Below, piece after piece: positions 40,771-53,446 of a DNA stretch of 64,000 nt (its first letter is position 1; every line of letters begins with the position of its first letter). The notes beneath the pieces are model-generated. The model saw only the letters and a program-made list of their open reading frames with translations. It made no database searches and was not told the DNA's origin. Made by a program: the position numbers and the translations under genes. The DNA is taken from the NCBI GenBank assembly GCA_951406725.2, contig OX597821.1, forward strand, positions 57,288,001 to 57,352,000, written 5' to 3'. The DNA comes from Octopus vulgaris. Its lineage: Eukaryota.

Positions 40771-40792
40771 ATAATGATTATAATAATGGTAA

Positions 40793-41116
40793 TGAAGGTG
40801 CATGGCTCAGTGGTTAGAACATTGAGTTTACGATCGTGAGTTTGTGAGTTCGAATCCCGGACCAGGCAGCATGTTGTGTTCTTGAGCAAGACACTTTATT
40901 TCACGTTGCTCTAGTTCGCTCAGCTGTAGAAATGAGTTGCAATGTCACAGGTGCCAAGCTGTATCGACTGTTACCTTTCCCTTAGGTAACATCAGGGATG
41001 TGGAGAGGGAAGGCCGGTATGCATGGGTGACCGCTGGTCTTCCATAAAACAACCTTGCCTGGGAGGGTAACTTTCTAGATGCAATCCCACAGTCAGTCAT
41101 GACCAAAGGGGGTCTC
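40793..41116 (+). mobile_element. tRNA-derived SINE family D (second copy 43455-43790)
   Basis: tggctcagtgg A box, gagttcgaatcc B box, shared 3' half. Confidence 0.8.
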
Positions 41117-42583
41117 AGCTCTCAGCAATGGTAATGATAATGTTGAAGAGGTCACTGCTGATAATAATGAAATAAAGAAGGAAACAAAAATGAATAGTAT
41201 TAAAGATATGTTGTAGAATTAGTGACCAACAAATATATGGTCTAATACATCACATGTCCTAGCACTTGTGATCCCAATGTAATTTAGATAAACATACTGG
41301 CATTGATATAGATGACCACTTTGAGAAAACGTAGGCATTGACCAGCTGTATTGATCTGGTCAGAGGACACCTGCAGTTAAGAAACAGATATAAATTCTCC
41401 TCTGTCAGCCTAATGAAATATATAACTGAAATTCGGTCACCAACTATATATGGCAACCATGCTATCATAACTGAGCTAGTGCAGCTGCTACACATCTTGC
41501 TTAAACTCTCCACTGCCCATGGAACATTGGCCATTGAAGACTTTTTTTCCACTGTTCTTGACTTTAGGCTGTCTTTTCTGCTCCTCTCCAGTTAAATCCT
41601 TGCTTTTTCACCTCTACATCCTCCTTCTAGTTATTTTTAATGCATCCTCTCATCCACTTTGTGGGTTCCAGTGTAATGACCTGTAGTGCTGGATGTTGGT
41701 TTCCTTAACTTCTAGAGCTGTTACCCTATGCACATAAAAAAATACCATCTGACCATTTAGCAGATCATTTACTCTCGTTTACTCCCTGTTATTTGAGTGT
41801 ACGTTCTGACATATCCGTATCCTCTCTCCTTTTTCTCTCCTGACTCTCTTTTCCAACTAAGAAGCCATGTATCTCCTCTTCAGCAAGGCACCTGTTTCTG
41901 TCCCTCTATCATACTTTAGCCTTCTCACCACCCAGCATAAAGCTACCTTTTTCAATACTACCCCCTGCTCAGTCGAGCTGTCTCATTTTGTGAGTTTGCT
42001 GGTGACATTACTGATGTCAGTGCCACGTAAAAAGCACCCACTACACTCTGTATAATGGTTGGCATTAGGAAAGGCATCCAGCCATAGAAACCATTCAAAA
42101 GCAGACAGTGGTACTTGGTGCAATTTTCTGACTTTCCAGCTCCTGTCAAACCATCCAGTGCACACCAGCATGGAAAACAGACTTGAAATGGTGAAGACGA
42201 TGATAAGGAGGAAAACATTCCCTTTACAAGTCTACAGCTTATCTGGCCTGAGAATTCCATTAAGTGTATTCTTAATCCTCTTATCTCTTCTACATCTACC
42301 ATAATGGCCCCTGCTTCTCGGGCGCATGACATTTCAGTCTAAGTCTCTCCAAAGCTCTCTGTCTCTCTTCTATCTACAAACCCCATATGTGGCAGTTTAT
42401 CAAATAACATCCCTGTCCCCTGGTGAATGCAGCTGCAGCCCTTTGGTATTCCCCACTTCTTACATCTTCTTTGCTGTTGATGATGATGATGATGATGACG
42501 AGCATTCAATTAGTCGATCAACTGAACATCCTACTCATTAACTTAACATTTATGTGACTGAGTATTCCACACACCTGTACCCA

Positions 42584-43054
42584 GTATTCTTTCGATATGA
42601 CTCGACAGGTTCAAAACACTTCAATTCGGCTGTTTGCGGTGGGGTGGGGGAATAAAAAAACTAATGGGTTGTATGTGCTTGTTCGCTTGTTCTTGTCTGT
42701 GTATGTGTCTGATCTGTTTTTATGTACTTATGTGTTGTGGAATATAGTTATAACAGAATTATGCCAGCAATGTCTCATTTTAAACTTGAAGAAAAAAAGC
42801 CTTCAAGTTTAAAATGAGACATTGCTAGCATAATTTTGTTATATCTATAGTCCACAGCACATAAGTACATAAAAACAGGACAGGCACACGCACACAGACA
42901 AGAACATGCACGCATGCACCTACAGCCCATTAGCTTTCTTCTCTTCCCATTTTGTCAACTGACAGTTGACAAGACACAGACACATGCTCTCACAGAAACA
43001 GCTGAATTTAAGTGTTTTGATTCTCTCGAGTCATATCTCATATCGAAAGAATAC
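42584..43054. repeat. ~470-bp foldback (long palindrome)
   Basis: Outer arms gtattctttcgatatga/tcatatcgaaagaatac; inner ~130-bp arms meet at a 9-nt loop (42792-42800). Confidence 0.9.
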
Positions 43055-44669
43055 CCCCCGTACCCTTAATGGAATTCTCAGGCCAGATAAGCATGGCACA
43101 ATATGTAACAAGGCTGGATATTTGCATTCGAGTTACAATCCATCCATCAGGCTTGTACAGTTTCTGCCTCCCCAATTTCATTCACAAGGCTGGGGTTGAC
43201 CTGAGTCTATTATAAAAGACATTTGCCCAAGATACCAGTCATATAGTGGTATCAAGATCAGGACCTCATCATTGCAAAGTAAACCCCTTAACCACTTGGC
43301 TATGCTTACCTGATATGTTTCTCTACATGTGTCCTTAGATTTTAATGTGGTAGAATATGATTTGAGGGAGATTTAGCTGCTATATCTTGGAGATTGAGTG
43401 ACCATATAGAGGCTTCCACATTGGCCCAACAATAACAGTATGTAGATATAAAATGTGAAGGCACATGACTCAGTGGTTAGTGTTGGGCTCACAGTCATGA
43501 GATAGTGAGTTTGATTCCTAGACCAAGTTGGGTGTTGTGTTCTTGAGCAAGACACTTTATTTCATGTTACTCTACTTCACTCACCTGTAGAAATGAGTTG
43601 TGATGTCACTGGTGCCAAGCTGTATCTGTCCTTGCCTTTACCTTGGATAACATCAGTGGCATGGAGAAGGGAGGCTGGTATGTATGGGCGACAGCTGGTC
43701 TTCCATAAATAACCTTGCCTGGACTTGTGCCTCAGAGGGAAACTTTCTAGGTGCAATCCCATGGTCAGTCATGACTGAAGGGAGTCTTTATTTATATAAA
43801 ATGTCAAGGTGCAAGCATAGCTGTGTGATTAAGGAGGTGATGTGATGATTGTTATACAAGTAATGTTACTTGTCTCCAGTTTTCCATGGAAAATATGTCT
43901 TACTCTGGGACAATATTAACCTTGCTTCAGGTGAGGATTGGGGACAAAAATGCATTTGGCTGCCTCAACAAATTCCATCTGAACCATGCAAGCATAGAAA
44001 ATGGTCTTTAACCATTTAATGTTCAGATTAATCTGTCAAATGTAATGCATTTTTGTTCAAATTATGCATCACTACTTAACGCTCCCACCCTGTAATTTAT
44101 TTACAATCAACCACCAATTAGCGCTACCAGCCGACATACAACGACTGGATTAACATAAGAGAGATTGTCTCTCCTATCAGCTTGCAGAGCTACCACCTGG
44201 TTTCTGTCACTCAAAAGGAGATAACCACTCCGAAATGCTTGTATTTCATAGTTTGAATAGGTGGCACTGCAAGCTGATTTACACCATTTGTCTACTGTGG
44301 AAATTTCCTCCATGACAAAACACAGTGAATTAATCGTTTACAAATTCAAACGTGGCACTGGCATATTCAAACTGGTAACAACATTGCATTAACCATGCAT
44401 TATGTTGTAGCTTCGAGGTTTCAGTGATGTGATTGTTTATTTTTAGAATGTTAGTGTAGATTAGATGTGAGACGTTTAGATATGGCCAGTTTGAATATAA
44501 AACATGTAGAGTATTTGTGCCAGATTTGGCCAGTTTAAATGTTAAAGGGTTAAATGATGATAATTGATGATGGTGACATGTCTATATTAGAAAAGCTTAA
44601 TGGAATTGTCTGCAAGCATGGTATAAAGGCTGTATATTGTTCTTTTTTTTTTTCTTCTTTTTTTCTCAG

Positions 44670-44823
44670 TAGTGTAACTGAAGGTAGTCTAACAAAGGAA
44701 GACACAAAGACGATACGTGTGTCGTTGCTGGGCTTGATAAAATTTTACATCGCCAAAGACATTACATTTGACGAACTCTCACAGATTTTGGCTTTTCTGC
44801 TGAATGTTAAAGAAGAAGACTTG
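44670..44823 (+). CDS. NBEAL1: NBEAL exon 14 (SVTEGSLTKEDTKTIRVSLLGLIKFY...KEEDL)
   Basis: Long pyrimidine tract + cag acceptor (tandem tag 3 nt downstream), gtttgt donor, phase 2 to 0. Confidence 0.93.
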
Positions 44824-45161
44824 GTTTGTATTTTCTCTTTCTATTGTTTCATATGCTGCACCACCACCACCTTCTCCTTTGTTTTTTGTTTTCAGCATCG
44901 GTGCCACAAAAAAAGTGCCTGTGCTGGTGTCACATAAAAAAATAAGTACAAAAGCATTTTGTCCAGTGTGCTAATGATTCTGTCATCACACCACCTTGAA
45001 TTGACTAATAATAAAGAAGTGAAATAGAACCCATCCATGTTTATTATTGGCACAATGACCCTCCCAAAATACAACAAAACTTTATTTAATTGTTTCATTC
45101 TGTAATGTAGTACTTGTAGCAATCAAATAACTACAGTTGCATGTGGGATCTTCTTTTGCAG

Positions 45162-45323
45162 AAATGTGAAGTGTTAGATATATTGTTGATGTTGATGGAA
45201 AATCCACGGAAAAAACCTGATCAATTGATTTTGCTCCTGTTTGAACCCGACATGTCTGAACTCCTCTATATTCTTCTCATTGATACTCACTACTCCAACA
45301 AACTGACTGAACGCATTCTTAAG
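45162..45323 (+). CDS. NBEAL1: NBEAL exon 15 (KCEVLDILL...QLILLLFEP...ERILK)
   Basis: ttgcag acceptor, gtttgt donor, phase 0 to 0. Confidence 0.93.
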
Positions 45324-47636
45324 GTTTGTGAATCTCTGATTTAGTTTTCTGTTTTTAATTAGTGGTTGGTTAAAAAGTGCGAAAATCTTCCACCCACCAC
45401 TTACAAAATTGCATACATTTTTGATGAATTCCAGAAGCAAAACCGTTAAAGTATTCAGCTAGAATATTATCCTTCATTCCACTGATTAAATTGTAATGAT
45501 ATAACATGCTAATCATATGCAAATCAGTTCTCACGGTCTCTTTCTACTGGCCTGAAAAAATAAAATGTGTGTACTTCATATGGGATGTAAAGAATTCAGG
45601 AAAATACCTCATGGAAAACAAGTTAACCTAGTTCCCATGTCTGAAGTGTTCATGTACGAATCCAAGTTACTTAGTTCTTACACTGTAAGGGTTAAAATGT
45701 GGTGACTGTGTTATTTTTTTACACATTTATTTCTTGTATATTTTTTTCTAGTTCACATTATAAAATGGCTGGCATTAGGAAGGTCATCCAGTTGTAAAAA
45801 CCATGCTAAAACAGACATTGGTCCATGTTGTAGTCTTTGGACACATTGGATCCTGTCGAACCATCTAATCCATGCCAGATGGATCATGGATGTTAATTGG
45901 TTATGATGAATACTAAATAAAAGCACATAATTTTAATTGTAATATTGCTTTCAACTTTGAATATTTTGTGTTAATTAACTTGAGAATCTGTTAATTTGAT
46001 GTTAAATAATCAATCTCTCTAATTGACTTGGCAGTTTGGAGATGTGGAGGTTGGTACCTCTCACGCTATCTTTTGTTGTAATCCATAAAAAGACAAACTT
46101 TGTTTATATCTTATTATTCCTAACTAAAGTTAAATGAACAAGCCAATGTGGCAACCGCTATATAGTTATTCAAACTTACTAGAAAAAGCAGCTAAATCTT
46201 CCTCATATCTCATCCTGTGGGCTTAATTATGGAAACACATTATATTATGTAGTTCTACAGTTTTATTGCTTAGTTAGGAGAGAGGGCAGTCCTTATGCCC
46301 ATTTTTCAGGCCTTCATTACTGGTGAAGGTATGTGGCCCAGTAGATAGGGTTTTGCTCTCACAATTGCAAGATTGTGGTTTCAATTCCTGGGCCAGGTGG
46401 TGTATTGTATTCTTGAGCAAAATATTTTTTTTCACATTACTCAGCTGTTAATGAGTAACCCTGTGATGGCCTGGCATCCCATCCAGGGGAATGTTGTGCT
46501 CTTGGTCATTTATACACCATAAAAATTAGGTGACCAGCCCAATGATTCCCAGGATTCAGGACAGTAATGTCCGAGGGTTGATGATGATCATGACAGGTGA
46601 AAGTGAGGGAGATATATGCAAACCTAAAAACTAGTCCGAATATTTACAACAGAATATACATTACTAAAGGCACCCAGGGCCCAGGTGGGTGTTTTAAAAA
46701 GACCTAGCAAGTAAAGTGAGATCATAGCCATAGCCTACACCAGTGTCGCATAACCAGTCCATTTAAAAAGTACCTTTGAATCATCGAGTGACATACTGTG
46801 CTTGAGGAGACCCATTGAGTCAAGTAAAATCAAAATTAAAATTCAAATCTTAATCAAATGGAAATTGTAGTTGTGGCCGATGCCAGTGCTGCCCAACTGG
46901 CTCCTGTGCCAGTGGCACGTAAAAAGCACCATCTGAATGTGGTCAGTGCCAGCCTCTTCCCCCTCACTGGCTCCTGTGCTGGTAGCATGTAAAAAGTACC
47001 ATCAAAATGTGGCCAATGCCAGTGCTGCCTGACTGGTTTTCGTGCCAGTGGCATGTAAAAAGCACCATCCAAATGTGGTCGATGGCAGTGACATTTGTTG
47101 ACCCTTGAAGGCTGAAAAGTAGAGTTGACCTCATTGGGAATTGAACTCAGAATGCAAAAAACTGTTATACATACTGCAAGGCATTTTATCCAACACCTCA
47201 ACGTTTCTGCCAATTCACTTCCTAAAACTAGAAGGGATGGCCATGACTGGAATGCTTTTCATGACAGGTCCTCTCAGACAATGTTGACTTACGTCTAACC
47301 ATCTACAACAACAACAACAATTTTATAAAGGTTCGAAGGTAAAATTACAAAAACAAATCAACATTTATTTTCTCCAATGATTTTTTATACAGAATTAAAT
47401 GTATTAACACTAACTTTGTTGTATATAGAGAGAATGCATACATGTATCATCATCATCATCATCTGTTTTCCATGCTGGCATGGGTTGGATGGTTTGACTA
47501 TGGTCTGGAGAGCTAGCAGCATGCATACATACATACATGCACATGTGTACATACCTATCCATGCATGCATGCATTCATGTATGCATGCATGCATTCATGT
47601 ATGCATGCATGCATACATGCACACACACACACACAC

Positions 47637-48070
47637 ACCATCTTAGAGGTCAGCTGCCCTGCAGATATAAATATCTCTTTGAAAATCAAAGAAAAAGAGG
47701 ATATCTATGGACAACTGCTACGAAACCTCCAGCTTTGATATCCAGATTATGAATTCATATTTGTACCAATAATAATTGAAGCACTAGGTTTTGTTAATAA
47801 ATGCTTAAAGGAGAATCTGGATAAACTGAGATTTTCAGAAAGAGAAATTGACCGGCTGATTCACACAAGTGCGATCTGTGAGTGGAACAGTAAAAATATG
47901 CAAGACTTTTCTGAAGTTCTAAAAGTGAATTCATCTGTGTTAACTAGATCCCAAAGATGGAGCCTTGTATCTTTGTTGGAAACTGGCTCCCTCCTCAGTG
48001 GAAGATTTAAAATAATTTTACAAATTGAAGAGACACAAGTGGTAACTCCATACTCTCCAGAACTCCCAGA
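47637..48070 (+). mobile_element. 3' fragment of an R4/Dong-like non-LTR retrotransposon with restriction-like endonuclease
   Basis: ILEVSCPADINISLKIKEKEDIYGQLLRNLQL*YPDYEFIFVPIIIEALG...GTVKICKTFLKF* matches the RLE C-terminal pattern; one stop and one frameshift. Confidence 0.75.
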
Positions 48071-48429
48071 CGTAGGAAGAAGCTTATAAAATACAACACT
48101 CTTCTTATCCTATTAAATTTAAAGTATAACTTTCTTTGGCTGAAGTCTTGCTTTGGAGGTCGTTTGTGGTGGTTTAATGTCATACCCAGGACATACATAC
48201 ATTAGTCATAGAGCATTAGGCAATTAATACATTCTTTACCTCCATGATGTATGACATATTTCAGTTTCAGTCTCAAACTTTGACATATATTCAAATATTG
48301 AGTAATTAGTGGATTGTATGGGGCACAGTGCAATGGTAATAACAACAACCTAACCAAGTCTTTATATGAATGCTTATCCTCACAAGAAATTACTAGTTTT
48401 GTTTTTTCTCCCCATTATTTCTTTTTCAG

Positions 48430-48589
48430 CTATTCCACATCTTATTAACTACAGACAAAGTCTATGACAAAAGCAAGAACCGGTTGCGTCTACACGAGAT
48501 GGGCTATGTCGGCATGTTGAGTATGATGAGAGAAAGACCAATCTCTTTACCTGTTGCTGAACTAATGTTAAAGCAACTCATGCTCTCAG
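48430..48589 (+). CDS. NBEAL1: NBEAL exon 16 (LFHILLTTDKVYDKSKNRLRLHEMGYVG...QLMLS)
   Basis: tttcag acceptor, gtatga donor, phase 0 to 1. Confidence 0.93.
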
Positions 48590-48846
48590 GTATGAAAGCA
48601 AGTATTTTCCGTGGCAAGTATCGATTTTTTTGTTTAATTTTCATTCCTTGTTTGACCGAGGGGTTTTATTGGTGGAGGAATTTCACTTCTCTGTTTCTCA
48701 TCCTACTAAAACTGGTGGTGAACTGGTTGTTGCTTCAGGTCAGAAAATACTTTCCTTATTATTATGTAACTGATTTCTTTTTCTTTTCTTGGAATTAATG
48801 TCGTAATCCCTCCTTTTATCTCTGATGTTGGCAGTTTAATAATCTG

Positions 48847-49964
48847 TTGGGTTGGCCAAAAAGTTCATGCGGTTTTTGTTGGTATTAAACTTCAAGTTTT
48901 TTAAGATGTAGCTAATTTCAGTCTGTCCCTTGCGTATGCACTCTTGTCAGATACTTGTCATATCATTTGAATGTGGATTGACATGAACTTCTGATGAGGC
49001 AGTATTTTGTGCGCTTGGAGAACCTCGGACACTTCATGCTTTTTTTTTATTTTCAAAAAGGCAAGAAAGCACAGAAATCAGCAGGAAGATATGTGCTGTT
49101 TACAGATAAAATATTGTTATGGAATGCGTGTGCCAGAAGTGGTTTTCATGATTTCAGTTGGAAAATCTTTTTACTTCAAGACACTCCTCACTCTGGCCAG
49201 CCAGCTGAGATGACCATGATGATTGCAATTCCCCAAATATCCAAACTGAGTGGAAACTGTATGCATCAACTTGGTTATGTCAGTAGGCTCGATATTTGGT
49301 TCTGACATCAATTGAATGAGGCTGAATTTGCCCAACAGATTTCCATCTCTTTTGTTGCAGTCATTTGAAAAAAAACAGCTTTTTCTGAAGAGAATATTGA
49401 CAAAACAAAAGATGAATTGTTTATAACATTGTGAAATGTAAACAATTATGGGGGAAATATTTCAAACCACCACAAACGACCTCCAAAGCAAGACTTCACC
49501 CAAAGAAAGTTATACTTTAAATTTAATAGGATAAGAAGAGTGTTGTATTTTATAAGCTTCTTCCTACGTACAGGACTATCAGCTCAGATGTATATTTTGA
49601 CCAGCTGGACAAGTTAAATGCAGCAATCCACCAGAAATGTCCAGCACTTGCTACTTGTAACAGTATTGTCTTTCATCACGACAATACCAGGCTGCAAACT
49701 TCTTTGAGATTAGGCTGAGTTATTTTGCTGCACCCTCCATATTTGCCCAACCTTGTGTCTTCAGATTTCCACCTGGAAGAATGTTTTGTCAGTAAAGACA
49801 GGAAATTCTTTGAGCAGGGAATAGTGGGGCTGCCCTCAAGATGGCAGAAGATACTGAACAAAACAGTAATTATATCATTGATTGATTAAATCGCTTAAAA
49901 CTTGTGTCTTATTTTCATTTGAAAAAAGAAAAAAAAACCCAAATATACTTCTGGGCCAACCCAA
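48847..49964 (+). mobile_element. Decayed near full-length mariner transposon
   Basis: TIR ttgggttggcc / ggccaacccaa + TA; disrupted transposase motifs FYFQKGK, LGYVSRLDIW, LHPKKV, VFHHDN, HPPYLPNL-SDFHL, RWQK. Confidence 0.9.
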
Positions 49965-50121
49965 TAAAACTTTGTGTTGAGACTAATATTTTCTCAGCTA
50001 TGATCTTATAGAGGGAGCATTAATTTTCTCTATTCTGATGCTGTCACTTTCTCTCTACATTAACAGTGGCATCATTTTCCAGTAATGTCATAGTCTTTTC
50101 TGGTACTATCAGTGTCTATAC

Positions 50122-50834
50122 CAGGGATTGGCAAAAGGCAGGCCACTGTGGTAGGCCTCAAACCTTGTCTAAAAAATGTTCAACTTTAATGTATTTGTGG
50201 GCCTTTGAGCAATTCATGACTTTTAGATAATTTTTTTTGTTTTTTTTCTGTTTGTTATGATTTTAAAAGAAATTGCTTCCACAAGCATTGTCTGTGATTG
50301 AAATGCTGATTGAAAAGATATTTTTATAAGTAAGATAAGGACAAGCATGGCTGTGTGGCTAAGAAGCTCATTTTGCAGCCACATGCTTTCAGATTCAGTC
50401 CTACTGTGCAGCACTTCAGACAACAGTCTTCTGCTGCAGTCCTGGAATGACCAATGCCCTGTGAGTGGATTTGTAACACAGAAACTATATGGACCTGTTT
50501 TTTATGTGTATGTATGTATGTATGTGTGTGTGTGCCTTGTGTGCCCCTCCACTTGACGACCGGTGTTGGTTTGTTTGCATGCCTGTAACTTAGCAGTTCG
50601 GCAAAAGTATTCGGTAGAAAAAATACCAAATTTTAAAAACAAGTACCAGGAGTGATTTGTTTGAGTAGAACTGTACAAGGTGATGTCTGAGCATGGCCAA
50701 AGTCCTGTGACTGAAAGAAGTAAAAGAAAATATGTGGAACACATGTAAATACACAGAAACAAAGAAAATGTAAAAAAAAAAAATTCCAAAAAATCAAAAT
50801 TTAGTTCATTATGACAAGAAATTGCTGATTCCTG
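50122..50834. mobile_element. hAT-like MITE with nested SINE B
   Basis: TIR cagggattggcaa / ttgctgattcctg; 8-bp flanks gtctatac / gtctatct. Confidence 0.65.
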
Positions 50835-50890
50835 GTCTATCTTGACACTGGCTCCTCTCTACATTCTATTCTGCCCAATCTTGCTGCTAT

Positions 50891-50944
<54 letters not shown>

Positions 50945-51081
50945 GTTATTATACTTGTGATAATAGTCTTGACTATTAAATATAATTTTTCTTTCTTTCA
51001 TTTATCTGGCTATGTACATATCTCTCTGTTTATAGATCTGTCTACTGTGTGTGTGTGTGTTACATGATGGTGTCTCCTTAA

Positions 51082-52536
51082 CCCTTTCGTTACTATATTT
51101 GTGACCAAAATACACCCCTCATGAGTTTCAATTAAATTCTAAAATAATCATGAATTTAGGCTTGTTTCATTAAATAACTGTAACTTTTTTACTTATCAAC
51201 ATATTAATGTGATATTTGGAACATAATTAAAGAAAGGGTTCTTAATCAATTCTATTGCCTAACTTTTGTCTCAAAGTGACTTTAATTACAGGTAAATCCA
51301 GGTAAATTGAGCAAAAGGTAAAAATATTAAAATTTTAAATTGAGCAAAAGGTAAAAATATTAAAATTTTGTTTAAACATCACCATAGAAAATGAATCATC
51401 AGCTAATATTCAAATGGGTATGCAACAAAATTTTGATAAAGAAGAATTGTGCACATCACTAGATCATCAGTTGAATTTAATGCACAACAGGTGTACCATA
51501 AAGGTGGAATAAAGTGAAATACTGGAATCCACCGCAAGTTTGACCGAACTAAAGAAATCGGTCAAAAAATAATATACGGCCCTGGTTATGGTATGGAAGT
51601 GATAAATTCCAGACCACATTGTTTCCTAGGCCATGCTGACTAACATTATTTTCCCTGTATAAAAACTAAATCCACGCAGTACCCATTATTTACTTCACAA
51701 ATTTTCCGAAATTTGATCCCCCATTTTGTGTTTGTTTACAATCTGCATAAATTTGTTTCCGCATCGATCGCTTCAAACAATAACTTCCAGACCACATCGT
51801 ACCCTAAGCCATGCTCACTAACATTAGTTTCCCTGTGTAAAAACTAAATCCACACAGTATCCAGTATTTGCTTCACAAATTTTCCAAACTTTGATCCCCA
51901 ATTTTGTGTTTGTTTACATTCTGCGTAACAGTTTGCTTCCACAGTGATCGCTCCAAACAAGCATACTGAAAAAAATAAAAGTCTAATGGTTTCGCTTCCT
52001 AAGAAAGACTATAGATAAACTCTATCTCCTCAGAAAAATTGCTAATAAAAACATTTTTAAAGTTTTTTACTTCATTCCAATGTAAAACCGTCTTTGCTGT
52101 CGCCATCGCCGATTTGTTTCGGAATCACTGCTTTCGGTTAACGGATAAAAAAATATCCTATTCATTATTTTGTACACCACGTGCTTTAAGACCTCATTCA
52201 TTCTTTTTCTCGATATCCCCCTATTTTCCGTTGAAAAAGCTTTAAATTCGGAATCAATGCTTGATAACATGAAACTCCTATCCATTTTCAAAGTTGAAGA
52301 AAAATCAATGCCAAAAAAAATGTGGAAAAAAATCTCCCAAAATTCAGGGAATTAAAATTACATGTCGATCATTGTACAAAACTGTAGATGAACTGTTTAC
52401 GAAGTATAATCACATGTTTTCACGAATGTACTAACGAGATTTGCTCTGATATTCTCATTTAAATATGAATTGGGTGGCTTGGTCGCCTGAACCAAAACTT
52501 TTTTGGGCAGCTTTGGGCAGTTTGGTAACGAAAGGG
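51082..52536. mobile_element. Non-autonomous piggyBac-like element, 1455 bp
   Basis: Perfect 12-bp TIR CCCTTTCGTTAC / GTAACGAAAGGG with TTAA on both sides; no transposase ORF. Confidence 0.9.
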
Positions 52537-53046
52537 TTAACAAACGGTTAATACAAGGGAGATAATAATTTTCTCATATTTGGTGGTATTGTAAATTTGA
52601 ATTTGAAGTTAAGGAATTAGGAAGAAGATGCATAGAATATACATATATATTTTCATTTACTTATTTCACATATGCCTGTTTATATCTTTGTCTATATGGA
52701 TGTAGTATGGTTAAATGGTTAAGAAGTTTGCTTTGAAGTTGCAAAGGCTGGGTTCAGTTCCATCTTGGGCGAGTATCTTTTACAAAAGCTTTAGCTCATC
52801 CTAAGCTTTGTGAGAGAGAAACTGTGTGGAAGCCTGCTAAATGGAGGATTGCCCGTGCAATTCAAAGATCCAGCTTTGCCACACTATGTAACATAGACTG
52901 AGAGTTACATTAAAGATACATATGTCTATGGAATACTCATCCACATACATGCTAATTCAAAAATAGATAATTCAGTTGATCAAAGAACTGAATATTCATC
53001 TCCACATCCAGCAGAAATCCATTTACTATCAACATGTATCTTATTC

Positions 53047-53446
53047 ATTTTATTTTTCCCACCATCTTTTCCTCATTATTGTTTTTTTTTTTTGATGAAG
53101 GACTAGTGTCCAAAACATCAAAATTCTTTCCGTTCTTTCTAAGCATTAAATGATTATAAAATTAGTTAAAATTTATTCTTCTCATGTTTACTTTTTGTGT
53201 TCATTGTCGAAAGTATGGCCATTTACATGTGTGTGTATCTACATATGAATGTCTGCATGCATTTTTTGTTTACATATCTATCTACATATATTATTTTCCC
53301 ATACATATATTGTCTACTTATATCTATATTTTCTATTCATTTAATGCTTAGAAAGAATAGAAAGAATCTTGATGTTTTGGACACTAGTCCTTCATAAAAA
53401 AAAAAAAAAAAAAAGAATGAGGAAAAGATGTTCGGAAAAATAAAAT
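53047..53446. repeat. ~105-bp inverted repeat pair with hammerhead-like relic (Penelope-like)
   Basis: Arms ~53047-53153 and ~53337-53446. Confidence 0.75.

Noticed and set aside
48994-49880. Possible functional or domesticated mariner transposase
   Set aside because: Multiple stops, frameshifts and deletions; catalytic motifs are disrupted.
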